Positions 1 to 11,449 of a DNA stretch of 64,000 bases are shown here, piece after piece. Source of the stretch: Lama guanicoe (taxonomy: Eukaryota). The stretch spans positions 1,391,567 to 1,455,566 of the forward strand of contig MU053629.1 of assembly GCA_013239625.1 (NCBI GenBank), in the 5' to 3' direction. Position 1 is the stretch's first letter, and each line of letters begins with the position of its first letter. A program made the position numbers and the translations under genes. Below the pieces are notes generated by a model. The model worked only from the letters and a program-made list of their open reading frames with translations, searched no databases and was not told the DNA's origin.

Positions 1-702
1 AAATTTCTCAGAAGTTGGACACGTTCAAAGGAGAAAATGGAAGTTGTATTCCTGTGAGAGAAGGGGCGATCGGATATAGAGGGACAGCAGGGAGGATGCA
101 GACAGCAGGTTTAGTGCACACTGCTTCTCAAGAGACAAGAGGACATGCAGTAGAGAATTCCTGTTGGAACTGGGAGACTCCTGAATCAAAGCGGTGACGA
201 AAAAATCTGGCTTTCAGATTTGGCTTTGAGAGTCATTGGTATAAACTTGAATGTTGATCCTTGAGTCCAGATGAACTCTCTGAGGCAGAGATGAGCAGAT
301 GGTCACACACTGAGGTCTGGGAAGTGCTCCTAGTGAGGGCTAAGAAGGAAAAATGCAGGAGACGGAGAAAGAGATTCTGTTCCTTATTTTAAGTTTTTTA
401 AAATGAACATTCTTAACTAATTGGTTTGTAACCTACCCATTGCTTTATTCTACAAGTATGACAGTACTTGGCACACTCAGAGTTCACTATGTGTTAAAAA
501 ACTAGTTTTGTCAGTAATTACTGCTGTTTATGTGGGTTTTTGAGATGCTATTACTTAACTCTCAGACTTAGTTCAGAAGAGACCACACCCTTTTTATGTC
601 TTCATTTTTTTATTATGAATTTTAGACAATTGAACATTGTGTATTGAAATACTAGCCTCTCACTGAATGCCAAGAGTCCCATCATCCCTTGCTCTTTTCC
701 AG

Positions 703-816
703 GTCTTTGGTGGAAGAGTTTAGAAAGACACTGTGTGCTTTATGGCAAGGTAGCCAGACTGCATTCAGCCCAGAGTCCTTATTTTACGTTGTTTGGAAGA
801 TTATGCCGAATTTTAG
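703..816 (+). CDS. USP3: USP3 coding exon (approx. human exon 8); the gene's 5' part lies upstream of the window
   Basis: ttttccag acceptor and AG|gtaagt donor; translates (V)SLVEEFRKTLCALWQGSQTAFSPESLFYVVWKIMPNF(R), recognised as the USP3 catalytic domain. Confidence 0.96.
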
Positions 817-958
817 GTAAGTATTATTTAATGAAGGCTATTTGAAATATTAATACTAGTCCTTACCCTGTTCCTGAGACGATTTTCAACAAAGTGGTGG
901 TATTCTAAACAATAAAGGCTAGTATTTGTTGGTTTTTTTTTGGGGGGTGGGTTGGACC

Positions 959-3900
959 TTTTTTTAAAAAACATTTTATTATTGAGTTATGGTCATTTTA
1001 CAATGTTGTGTCAAATTCCAGTGTAGAGCACAATTTTTCAGTTACACATGAACATGCATATATTCATTGTCGCATTTTTTCTCTGTGAGCTACAAGATCT
1101 TGTATATATTTCCCTGTGCTACACAGTACAATCTTGTTTATCTGTTCTACATTTTGAAATCCCAGTCTGTCCCTTCCCACCCCCCACCCCCTTGGCAACC
1201 CACAAGTTTATATTCTATGTCTATGAGTCTGTTTCTGTTTTGTATTTATGTTTGTTTTGTTTTGTTTTGTTTTTAAGATTCCACATATGAGCGATCTCAT
1301 ATGGTATTTTTCTTTCTCTTTCTGGCTTACTTCACTTAGAATGACATTCTCCAGGAGCATCCATGTTGCTGCAAATGGTGTTATATTGTCAGTTTTTATG
1401 GCTGAATAGTATTCCATTGTATAAATATACCACTTCTTCTTTATCCAGTCATCTGTTGATGGACATTTAGGCTGTTTGCATGTCTTGGCTATTGTAAATA
1501 GTGCTGCTATGAACATTGGGGTGCAGGTGCCATTTTGAAGTAGGGTTCCTTCTGGATATATGCCCAGGAGCGGGATTCCTGGGTCATATGGTAAATCTAT
1601 TCCTAGTTTTTTGAGGAATCTCCATACTATTTTCCACAGTGGCTGCACCAAACTGCATTCCCACCAGCAGTGTAGGAGGATTCTCTTTTCTCCACAGCCT
1701 CTCTAGCATTTGTCATTTGTGGACTTTTGAATGATGGCCATTCTAGCTGGTGTGAGGTGATACCTCCTTGTAGTTTTGATTTGCATTTCTCTGATAATGA
1801 GTGGTACTGAGTATTTTTTCATGTGCCTATTGATCATTTGTATTTCTTCCTTGGAGAATTGCTTGTTTAGGCCTTCTGCCCATTTTTGGATTGGGTTGTT
1901 TTTTTCTTATTAAGTCATATGAACTGCTTATATATTCTGGAGGTCGAGCCTTTGTCGGTTTCATTTGCAAAAATTGTCTCCCATTCCTTAGGTTGTCGTT
2001 TTATTCTACTTCTGGTTTCCTTTGCTGTGCAGAAGTTTGTAAGTTTCATAAGGTCCCATTTATTTATTCTTGCTTTTATTTCTATTGCTTGGGTAGACTG
2101 CCCCAGGAGAACATTTTTGAGATGTATGTCAGATAATGTTTTGCATATATTTTCTTCTAGGAGGCTTATTGTATCTTGTCTTATGTTTAAGTCTTTGATC
2201 CATTTTGAGTTTATTTTTGTGTATGGTGTAAGGGAGTGTTCTAGCTTCACTGATTTACATGCTGCTGTCCAGTTTTCCCAACACCATTTGCTGAAGAGAT
2301 TGTCATTATTCTACTGTATATTCTTGCCTCCTTTGTTGAAGATTAGTTTACCAAAAGTTTGTGGGTTCATTTCTGGGCTCTCTGTTCTGTTCCATTGGTC
2401 CATATGTCTGTTTTTGTACCAATACCATGCTGTCTTGATGAATGTATCTCTGTAGTATTGTCTGAAGTCTGGAAGAGTTATTCCTCCAGCCTCTTTCTTT
2501 TTCTTCAGTAATGCTTTGGCAATTCTAGGTCTTTTGTGGTTCCATATAAATTTTATTATGATTTGTTCCAGTTCTGTGAAATATGTCCTGGGTAATTTGA
2601 TAGGGATTGCATTAAATCTGTGGATTGCCTTGGGCAGTGTAACCATTTTAACAATATTGATTCTTCCAATCTAGGAGTATGGGATATCTTTCCATTTTTT
2701 TAGGTCTTCTTTAATTTCCTTAATGTTTTATAGTTTTCCATGTATAAATCTTTCACCTCTTTGGTTAGTTTTATTCGTAGGTATTTTATTACTTTGGGTG
2801 CTATTTTAAAGGGGATTGTTTCTTTACTTGTTCCATTGATTCATCATTAGTGTAAAGAAATGCAACTGATTTTTGTACATTAATCTTGTAACCTGCTACC
2901 TTGCTGAATTCTTTGATTATATCTAGTAGTTTTTGTGTGGACCTTTTAGGGTTTTCTATATATAGTATCACGTCATCTGCATATAGTGACACTTTGACCT
3001 CTTCTTTTCCAATTTGGATCCCTTTTATTTCTCTCTCTTGCCTGACTGCTGTGGCTAGGTCTCCCAAGACTATGCTGAATAGGAGTGGTGATAGTGGGCA
3101 GCCTTGTCTTGTCCCAGATTTTAGTGGGAAGCTTTTGAGTTTTTCACCGTTGAGAACTATGCTGGCTGTAGGTTTGTCATATATAGCTTTTATTATGTTG
3201 AGATATGTTCCCTCTATACCCACTTTGGTGAGAGTTTATCATAAATGGGTGTTGAATTTTATCAAGTACTTTTTCTGCATCTATTGAGATGATCATGTGG
3301 TTTCTGTCCTTTCTCTTGTTGATGTGATGTATTACACTGATTGATTTGCATACGTTGAACCACCCTTGTGTCCCTGGGATGAACCCCACTTGATCATGAT
3401 GTATAATCTTTTTTATGTGCTGTTGGATTCTATTTGCGAATATTTTGGTGAGGATTTTGCATCTATGTTCATCAGTGATATTGGCCTATAATTCTCTTTT
3501 TTGGTAGTGTCTTTGCCTGGTTTTGGTATCAGGGTGATGGTGGCCTCATAAAATGAGTTTGGGAATATTCCCTCCTTTTCAATCTTCTGGAAGAGTTTGA
3601 GAAGGACTGGTATGAGTTCTTCTTTGTATTTTTGGTAGAATTCCCTGGTGAAGCCGTCTGGTGCTGGACTTTTATTTGTAGGGAGGTTTTTTATTGCTAA
3701 TTCGATTTCATTTCTAGTGATCGGTTTGTTCAAGTGGTCAGTTTCTTCTTGATTCAGTCTTGATGGACTGTATGTTTCCAGAAACTTGTCCATCTCCTCT
3801 AGGTTATCCATTTTGGTTCTATATAGTTTTTCATAATATTCTCATATGATATTCTGTATTTCTATGTTATTTGTTGTAATTTCTCCATTTTCCTTTCTTA

Positions 3901-4222
3901 TTTTGCTTATTTGTGCTATTTTTAATTTGTGAGTTTCATCAGAGGTTTGTCAATTTTATTTCCTCTTTCCAAAAACCAGCTTTTTGTTTGATTTTTTCGA
4001 TTGTTTTTTTTTAATCTCTATTTCCTCCCTGATCTTTATTATTTGCTTCCTTCTGCTGCTTTTTGGGGTTTTTTTTTGCTCTTCTTTTTCTAATTCTTTT
4101 AGCTGGTGGGTTAGATTGTTTATTTGAGATTGTTCTTTTTTCTTGAGGAAGGCCTGTATCGCTATAAACTTCCCTCTTAGCACTGCCTTTGCTGTGTCCC
4201 ATAAATTTTGTGTGGTTGTGTG
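959..4222 (-). mobile_element. 5'-truncated, relatively young LINE-1 (ORF2 RT and C-terminus plus 3' UTR), antisense to USP3
   Basis: Minus-strand ORF2 fragments ([24 protein letters not shown]-type C-terminal region [12 protein letters not shown]) broken by stops and frameshifts; 3' UTR and short A tail at the left end. Confidence 0.95.
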
Positions 4223-6279
4223 TTGATTTTTTAAAAGGAGAAGAGCAGAAGTTCAATATATTCGACTAGATAGATGAATGTGTTTGTATAAATAATAGAT
4301 AGACCTTAGAAATGTCTTTAACAAGAGGGTAGGGCATTTTGTTGTTATAAAAACAAAGCCCTTGTAAATAATTTATGTGCCTTTGAAAAACAAAGTAGAC
4401 AAATTTTCCTTGATTCTTTCAAAATCTAAGCAATAATTATGATCATACACTGTATTGTTATTTGAACTTAAAAAAAATTCCAAATGTAGTCAGTAGGAAA
4501 CTATGGTATTGTATTCACTGTTCTGGATTCTGAAGACCTTAGAAGACTAGTGAAGTCCTTTGGGATTCACTTTCCAGAAGATAACACAATGACCAGGGTC
4601 ACCTAATGTGGCTGTAAAGTCACTGTGTTTTCCACATTCTCTGTCTAGTCTTACGTGAGTAGAGAGCCATCCCTGCTGTCAGAGGATGCACCCTCTTGCC
4701 CTAGGTTGGTCATCCCTGTGGGGAATCAGGTGTCAGCAGATTTGGGGCCCTGCAGGTGTTTGACAACAGCCTTTGCCACCTTCTGCTGATTTTACCCTTG
4801 TGAAGCAAGTCGTGGTTCTTCCTAGTCATGGTTGTGGCGCCTAAAGTACATCTCTCTGCTTCTTTTTTGAAACAGCATGCTGTAGTGAGACAGCAATGTA
4901 TCTGGCTCTATTGTCTAACAGTGGTTTAGACATATTGATAGTTTGGAGAAGTGTTTAAAGGGTAACAACTTCAAAGGACTATAATTTGTTGCCTTACTGA
5001 AGAGTCTAGCCTTGAGGATCAGATGTAATTGACTCTCATTACCCTGGTCTTTGTTGTGAAAGAAACTTCTTTTATGTTTGATGTCATTTAAATCCCCTCT
5101 CAGGCGAGACTAATTTTGTAAGAACTTCAGAATTTCTTGACTCTAAATAGGAAAGGTAGAAATAACTGTTAAGTTACCATTGATCAGGCTCGGATTTAAT
5201 AGAAAATTTCTAACAGTCACCTACTCAGACTCTTGATAGGGATTTAATCTTTCCGTTTTATTATTATATAAAAATAGCTTCCATTTGGTCAGAATCAAAA
5301 CAGTTCCTAGTCTTAGAAATAGAGACTTTTCGTTGTCTAGGGAAGGTCACAAATTGAAACAGATGCCTATAACTTAACCTTTATAAAACAGCTGAGTGTT
5401 CCATGATCTTCTGTAGGTCAAAAAATGTGTTTCTAATGGTAAAGGAAACATTAGAAAATAATGTATTTTGATACAAGAGAATCATGGTGTGGTTGGATAT
5501 ACTTTTAATGTACAATGTACATTACTTGTACAAGTCCATATACTTGTATATTATTTATACAAGTCCATATACTTGTTAATGCACAGTGGCAGATTGTTTT
5601 AAAAAGGGATGGATGTGTGTTTGATGAAAATGCAAATTGATGTAACTACAAGGCCCTAGTTTTCATGATCCATTTTAGAAAATGCTTAGACATTAGGTTA
5701 TTTTGGTAAGAGAAAAAAACATTTTTATATGTGATAGAATTTGAGATGTGACCAGAAATACTAATCTTACCTTTGAGTCACGAAAAAAAAGTTGTGTTGA
5801 AAAAGTTTAAAGCACCTCCTTGGATCTCGAAAGGAACTGTTAACTTTGAATACTTTTGACTGTGAATTTTAACATTTATAATAATCTTAGAAGAAATACT
5901 TGAACATATGTTGATATTTAGTTGCTAAATAGTTTAGAAACATTTATGAAATGCTAAATGCTAAATTGACTTCTGATTTAAGTTCCATTGATTAGGCAGA
6001 TCATTTCCATAATTTATAATTCCCAGAAGAAACTTAAGGAAAAGGGGGAAAATATGTATTGAGGGAAATTCTGGTTGTAGTCCGTATTTTCAGACTTGTT
6101 TTTAAGTTGTAGAACTCTTTCTTGAAGAGACTTTAATGTGTAAACGTGGAGAAAGTGAGGAAGAAGAAGCAGGGAGCCTCCCTGGGCTCTGAGCGGCAGC
6201 CCTTCCGGGCGTGCTGCCCTCCCGCTCCGGCGGGGCCCGCGGGGCCGTACGGGGACTGACAGTTTCTGTTTGCTCCAAG

Positions 6280-6426
6280 GGGCTATCAGCAGCAGGACGC
6301 CCACGAGTTCATGCGCTACCTGCTCGACCACCTGCACTTGGAACTCCAGGGCGGTTTCAACGGGATTTCCCGTCCAGCAATTCTGCAGGAGAATTCTGCT
6401 CTGTCTGCAAGTAACAAACGTTGCAT
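6280..6426 (+). CDS. USP3: USP3 coding exon (approx. exon 9) with the QQD box
   Basis: ctccaag acceptor and AT|gtaaga donor; GYQQQDAHEFMRYLLDHLHLELQGGFNGISRPAILQENSALSASNKRC; phase fits the previous exon. Confidence 0.96.
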
Positions 6427-8639
6427 GTAAGATTTGGCTGCTTCTTGCTTTCTAGGAAGACTTCAGACATTCCTGTTGCTGTGATTGTTTGTTACATTTG
6501 TAATGGACAGCGGAGAGTGTTCCCGGACCTCTGCTGAAACTTTTGTGCACTTGGAACTTTGTGTCCAAGTGGACTAGCACATGCCTCCTGCTTCTAGACC
6601 AGAGGCATCTTGTATTTATTTGCATCTTGTGGTAGCTAGGATTGTTATTTACTATAAATTACTTTAGTTTATATACAATTTATGCACTTAAAAGTTTTCC
6701 TCCAAATGTACTGAATAGTGGGTAGGAGACAATTTTCATATACTGAAATAATTTGTTCCCTAATAACGAAGGCTTACAGTATTTTGAATGTGAATTTTCC
6801 TAAAGCCTCATTTTGGACTTATATTTGCCTAGAATATGTCTGTTTTTAGTCAAATTGAGGCATTTGTAAGTTTTCAGAATTCTTTCTTTCCTCTCTATAT
6901 GAACAAAACAGACCTTTTAGTTAGCTTTCCCAGGTACTAAGTCCCCCAAATGTACATTGAGATCAGAATGTTTGTTTTGCTTGAGGAAGGGATAGTTGAC
7001 TTGTATTTCAGCTTGGATTTTGGTTAATTGTAGTCTCCTATTGCTCAGATTTTTTTAAAAAAGTTTTATATTGACTTGTGCAGGAAAGGAGTGTGTAAGA
7101 CAGACTCCCCAAAGAAAGAGCGAAAAGAGTAAGTAATACACAGGGGAGGCTGCAGTATTACTGCCTGGCTGTCCGCAAACCGGATTTCGTGTGAGATGGG
7201 GCTTTTTCATCACAGAGCAGTCTCACAGCGACACACAGAGCAGCAGCGACCCTGGCCTTGTCAGCAGCGCCAAGAACTGCCTGCTTCTTCACATGCTTGG
7301 CCCTCCAGCTCCCTGTGGCTGAGATTCGCATTAGACTCCAGTACAGAAGGGAAGGGGCCTGTGACCTGGGGGCACTGTTCTTGCTGCCAGCACCAAGTTA
7401 CACATGGCAGTCAGTGAAAACTTCCGCTCTGTACCTGATGCTGGTGCTTCAGGCCCAGGGGAGATTAGGCTGGGTTCTATCACGGACAGTCCGTGTGAAG
7501 TGGGGGGGGGTCTTCATTATTTGACACCCAGGTGCCCTGATGGAGTGAGCGTGTGACACTCACAAGGTATTCCTTCAGTAACTAATGAGTTTTCAGTATT
7601 AACTCTTTGTAATATTTTCAAGAATCGTAGTTGTACATTCCTTTAGTGAGTTAGGAACATAAATTAATAACAGATATTCAAAATTCAGGTTTCCTTATAA
7701 TTTCTTAAATTCACTAGATACATTTCAGGATCAGGATTGTATTTGCTAAAACTACAAAATTTATTTACTTGTATAAACACATCGAACCCTACTGAAGGTG
7801 GGGGTGACAGACATATATGGCAGATGGGTTTTATGAATATGTAGAAAATCATTAGTGCCAATAAAAAGGACCTTCACAGCATAACAGCCTGTGCAGGTAG
7901 CCAGTATGTAAACACTTAGTGTTCAGTATAACAAATAGAACAGCGACTTTGAAATTGCAAATGTTGTTTTAAGTCATTGTATACCTAAACTTAATGTCAT
8001 ACACATCAGATAGCCAAGACTTGATTAATGTCTTTTTTTTCAGAGGAAGAAGTTCTACAGGAAGAAGTACATTGAGTTTAAATGTACTGTTTGTAATAAG
8101 GCAGTTTCCATTTTAATGAAAGGCAGCCGTGTATGTGAATGTCAGTATGAACGGATCAGGCCTTTTATTTCCAGTTGATTTTTTAAAAATGTGCCCCTTG
8201 TTTATGACAGGCATTAAATCTAAAACCTGAAATAGCCACTATATCCTGTAACTCCTAATGTATCCTCCCTTTTTAATTAACTAAAGCCATATATCTTATG
8301 AACAACTTTTAAGAAAAAAAGCCATTATATTTCTTCTGCCAGTAAGGAAGCCCTTTCCTAGAAGAGGAAGCAAACTTTAAAAAGAAGAGAATTGCTTGGG
8401 TAGGTTTTGTCTATCTCTGCAGTAGGTTTAACTTGGAGCAACTCACAGTACAGTTCAGTGTGCTGGAAGTGTTACTGATGGCAAGTACAGAAACCACCTC
8501 AAATTGCTGTTAAGAAAAAAGAGCAATTCACAGGCCTAAGTAACTGCAGAAGTGCCGTCACGTGTGTTAGCACACTAGGTGAGGGTATGTGTCTGCTGCA
8601 GTCTTGTTAACGAAGCACGCAAATGAAGCAGCCTCAGTA

Positions 8640-8800
8640 TCCACTAATATCGGTTCAGTTCAGAGAAGGAGCACACTGTTAGGAGCAGGTGCTCATACCA
8701 GACCAGCTGTGTGAACTTGGACCAAGTTACTTAACCTTGAACCTCAGCTTCCCGGTCTGAGAAATGGGGATAATGGTGGAATTATAATAGTGTTTTAAGT
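8640..8800. mobile_element. MIR SINE remnant
   Basis: MIR core-like 'tgtgtgaacttggaccaagttacttaacc...cctcagcttccc...gaaatgggataat'. Confidence 0.6.
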
Positions 8801-9349
8801 GAGCTTTTTAAAAGGCTTGTTGACAGTAACACCCGGCACTCCAGCTGTGAAGTGATACCTCCGTCAGTAATTACTAAATATGTATTAAATTTGTTTACCT
8901 TTTCCCCCCCAAATACAACCATCTCAAAAATCTAAAACCATCTTTGATGGAAGTTGTTGTTCAGAGTAAAGTGAGAGAGCTCCTTGAGTACTAGGAGGCT
9001 TTGCAAAGGCTCCAGTGTACAGCCCCCTCTTTCCTGAGGGTACGCTTGGGAAGAAAGGGGCCCGCCTGCCCTGAGAGCAGGCATGTGCGTGATCTGCTTG
9101 TTAGTAACGGCAAGCGCTCAGTGTTGCTCGTGGAGAAAGTGGTGAGACTGAAAGAGGGCTGGGGGGAGGCCAGGCAGTGGCTTAAACCTTTTATTTCGTA
9201 TACGTCTATTAGAGCTTTGAAGGTTTTGTGTTTTTAATACTTAAATGAATATATATGATGTATATGTCCCCCCAAAGGGAGTCACCTGTAGGAGCTCTTA
9301 GACACATTTAGGTTTTTTGCTGAGTTTCCTGTGTGGTGATTTTCTTTAG

Positions 9350-9455
9350 AAATGGAGCATCTACAGTCGTCACGGCGATATTTGGAGGCATTCTCCAAAA
9401 TGAAGTTAACTGCCTCATATGTGGGACAGAATCTAGAAACTTTGATCCATTCCTA
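9350..9455 (+). CDS. USP3: USP3 coding exon (approx. exon 10); splice donor missing at the expected position
   Basis: tttctttag acceptor; NGASTVVTAIFGGILQNEVNCLICGTESRNFDPFL followed by 'ttttacatc' instead of the required G|gt. Confidence 0.9.
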
Positions 9456-9620
9456 TTTTACATCTGGATGCATGATAGTGTATTAAAATAATAACTGTAA
9501 TGTTTCCTTTGAAAATGAAGGCAGTAAAGAGATAAATGTTAAAAAATAATTTCAAAAACTGATGTATTTTGAGTGTAGTTATAAGCTTTTAACAGTCCTC
9601 TACTTTCCTTTCTTTTTAAG

Positions 9621-9701
9621 ACCTTTCATTAGATATTCCAAGTCAGTTCAGAAGTAAGCGCTCCAAGAATCAAAAAAATGGACCAGTTTGTTCGTTACGA
9701 G
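9621..9701 (+). CDS. USP3: USP3 coding exon (approx. exon 11)
   Basis: tctttttaag acceptor and G|gtaaag donor; (D)LSLDIPSQFRSKRSKNQKNGPVCSLR. Confidence 0.95.
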
Positions 9702-10499
9702 GTAAAGATACTTTAACGGTCTAGAATTCGTTTCCCCCCTTGAGTAGCTGGACAGATTTCTAAGCTCCATCCACATGTGCTGTGTTGTTAACTGTTCTGA
9801 TGAATTTGTGTTGTAACTTAACAAAAGTGAAACCTGAGTGTCGCTTTCAAGCCAACAAAAATCGATTTCGCAAGAATGCCTGCCAGAGATTTTAGGTCAA
9901 ACTAAATATTTCTTACCTTTCTCCTCTTTATAAATACTAATTTTAAACTTAAAAGTCTATAGCAAAACTTTTTCTGATCTAGTGAAACACAGTTTATTCT
10001 CTGGATGTTCCACTAGAACACAGAGAAAGAACACTTATAAAACTTTGCCAAATTACAGTGTCATTTAATCTGTTGTATGACTAATAATTTGAGAACTCTA
10101 GTGATGATACAGCTGTTGGTTAAGCCTGAGGCCTTGCTTTTAATTGCAAGATTTTTAAAATTCACATTTACGCTGGGAGATTTTTGAACAAACGTTTTCC
10201 CTTGATGAGTGTTAACTGCTTAGTCAAGGCAAAAGACCTGCCCGTGACCAACCACTAACATGACTATGTTTTCTCTTCATTCATAAAAAGAAACTAGGAT
10301 AGAAAAAAGAAACAGGATCTAGCTTGCGTGCTCTCATTAAGCACCTCTGCACTGAAGGCAGATAACAGAATTCCTACCTTGAATTGCGTGTCCACTACAA
10401 GTAATTTTCTTTTCCTCTTCAACTGTTTTAGGAAGTTTTGTCATAATGATTAATAAACATATAATATCTTTTCTTAGCAAATAGAAGATTCTGTTGATC

Positions 10500-10680
10500 T
10501 AGAACTGCACGGTCCAGTATGACAACCGTGTGCCTATTAAAACTGAAAACTGGGCTGCCCAGTTACACTAGCCACATTTAGAGTGCTCGGTAACCACGGG
10601 CGGCTAGTGGCTGCTGTACCGATCAGCACAGACGCAGGGCGTTTCCATTGCTGCTCAGGGTTCTGTTGGACAGCGCTGCT
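10500..10680. mobile_element. MER3-like hAT-Charlie DNA transposon remnant
   Basis: 'cactagccacatttagagtgctc...gctagtggctgctgtac...gttctgttggacagcgctg' matches my recollection of MER3. Confidence 0.6.
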
Positions 10681-11449
10681 CTGGAATCAAGTTACCCTGC
10701 AAAATGTACCCGAATACCCTTTGTAGATGCTTTTCGTGTGTTCCCCACCTATCCAACAGTGTTGACTGTCTCTTTTGAACAGAAGTACAGAAGAAATTTA
10801 AGGAAGCCCCCATCCACTCCACTTCCCCCTAAAATAGTGGCTACAGTATGTGTCTCCAAAGCTCTTCTTTGGCCTATTTGAGATTAAGAAAATAGCACAA
10901 AGTAGCAAAAGTCACCACTTTCCCTTTATATTTTTGGCACATGAATATAGGCTAACTGAATCATAAAACAAAGATTTGATCATTGAGAGGGGAAGTCAGT
11001 GAAACTATATAAATATAATTGGATTGTCAGACTTGATTTTTGTTTTGTTAAAGAGCTTACTGTCAGCTTTGAAAAGTGTATGATAGGGTCTGGTAATGCT
11101 TCTTTCTCTTTTTGTTTACCACTAGTATCAATTAAGAGCTCTGTTTTTTTCTTGGACAATGCAGTGTGTGATGAATTAGAGTTGACTGATGTCCATTTCT
11201 TTACTAAATGGGGATGGAGATGTGTGATTACCTGATAAGTCTTTTGCTTTTACGTGCTTATAAGTCTACTTGGCAAAAATTTCTTGTGTGCTTTTTTGGA
11301 TCTGTAATTGTTAAGGTTAGCTTTCATTTAAAAAGCAAAGGTGATGGTGAGAAAGACCACTGGCATCTGAAATTATTTAACTTTGAAAGGATGCATAGTA
11401 AGACAGGTTAAGATAACCCCAGGTCTAAAGCCTAACAAAGGTGTATTCA

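Noticed and set aside
1208..4256. Many 100-190 aa ORFs with reverse-transcriptase motifs
   Set aside because: Fragments and antisense shadows of a broken L1 ORF2, not a host gene or a novel RT system
9456..9620. U12-type (AT-AC) intron as an explanation for the missing USP3 donor
   Set aside because: No RTATCCTT 5' consensus at the junction, and the acceptor is an ordinary pyrimidine tract with AG
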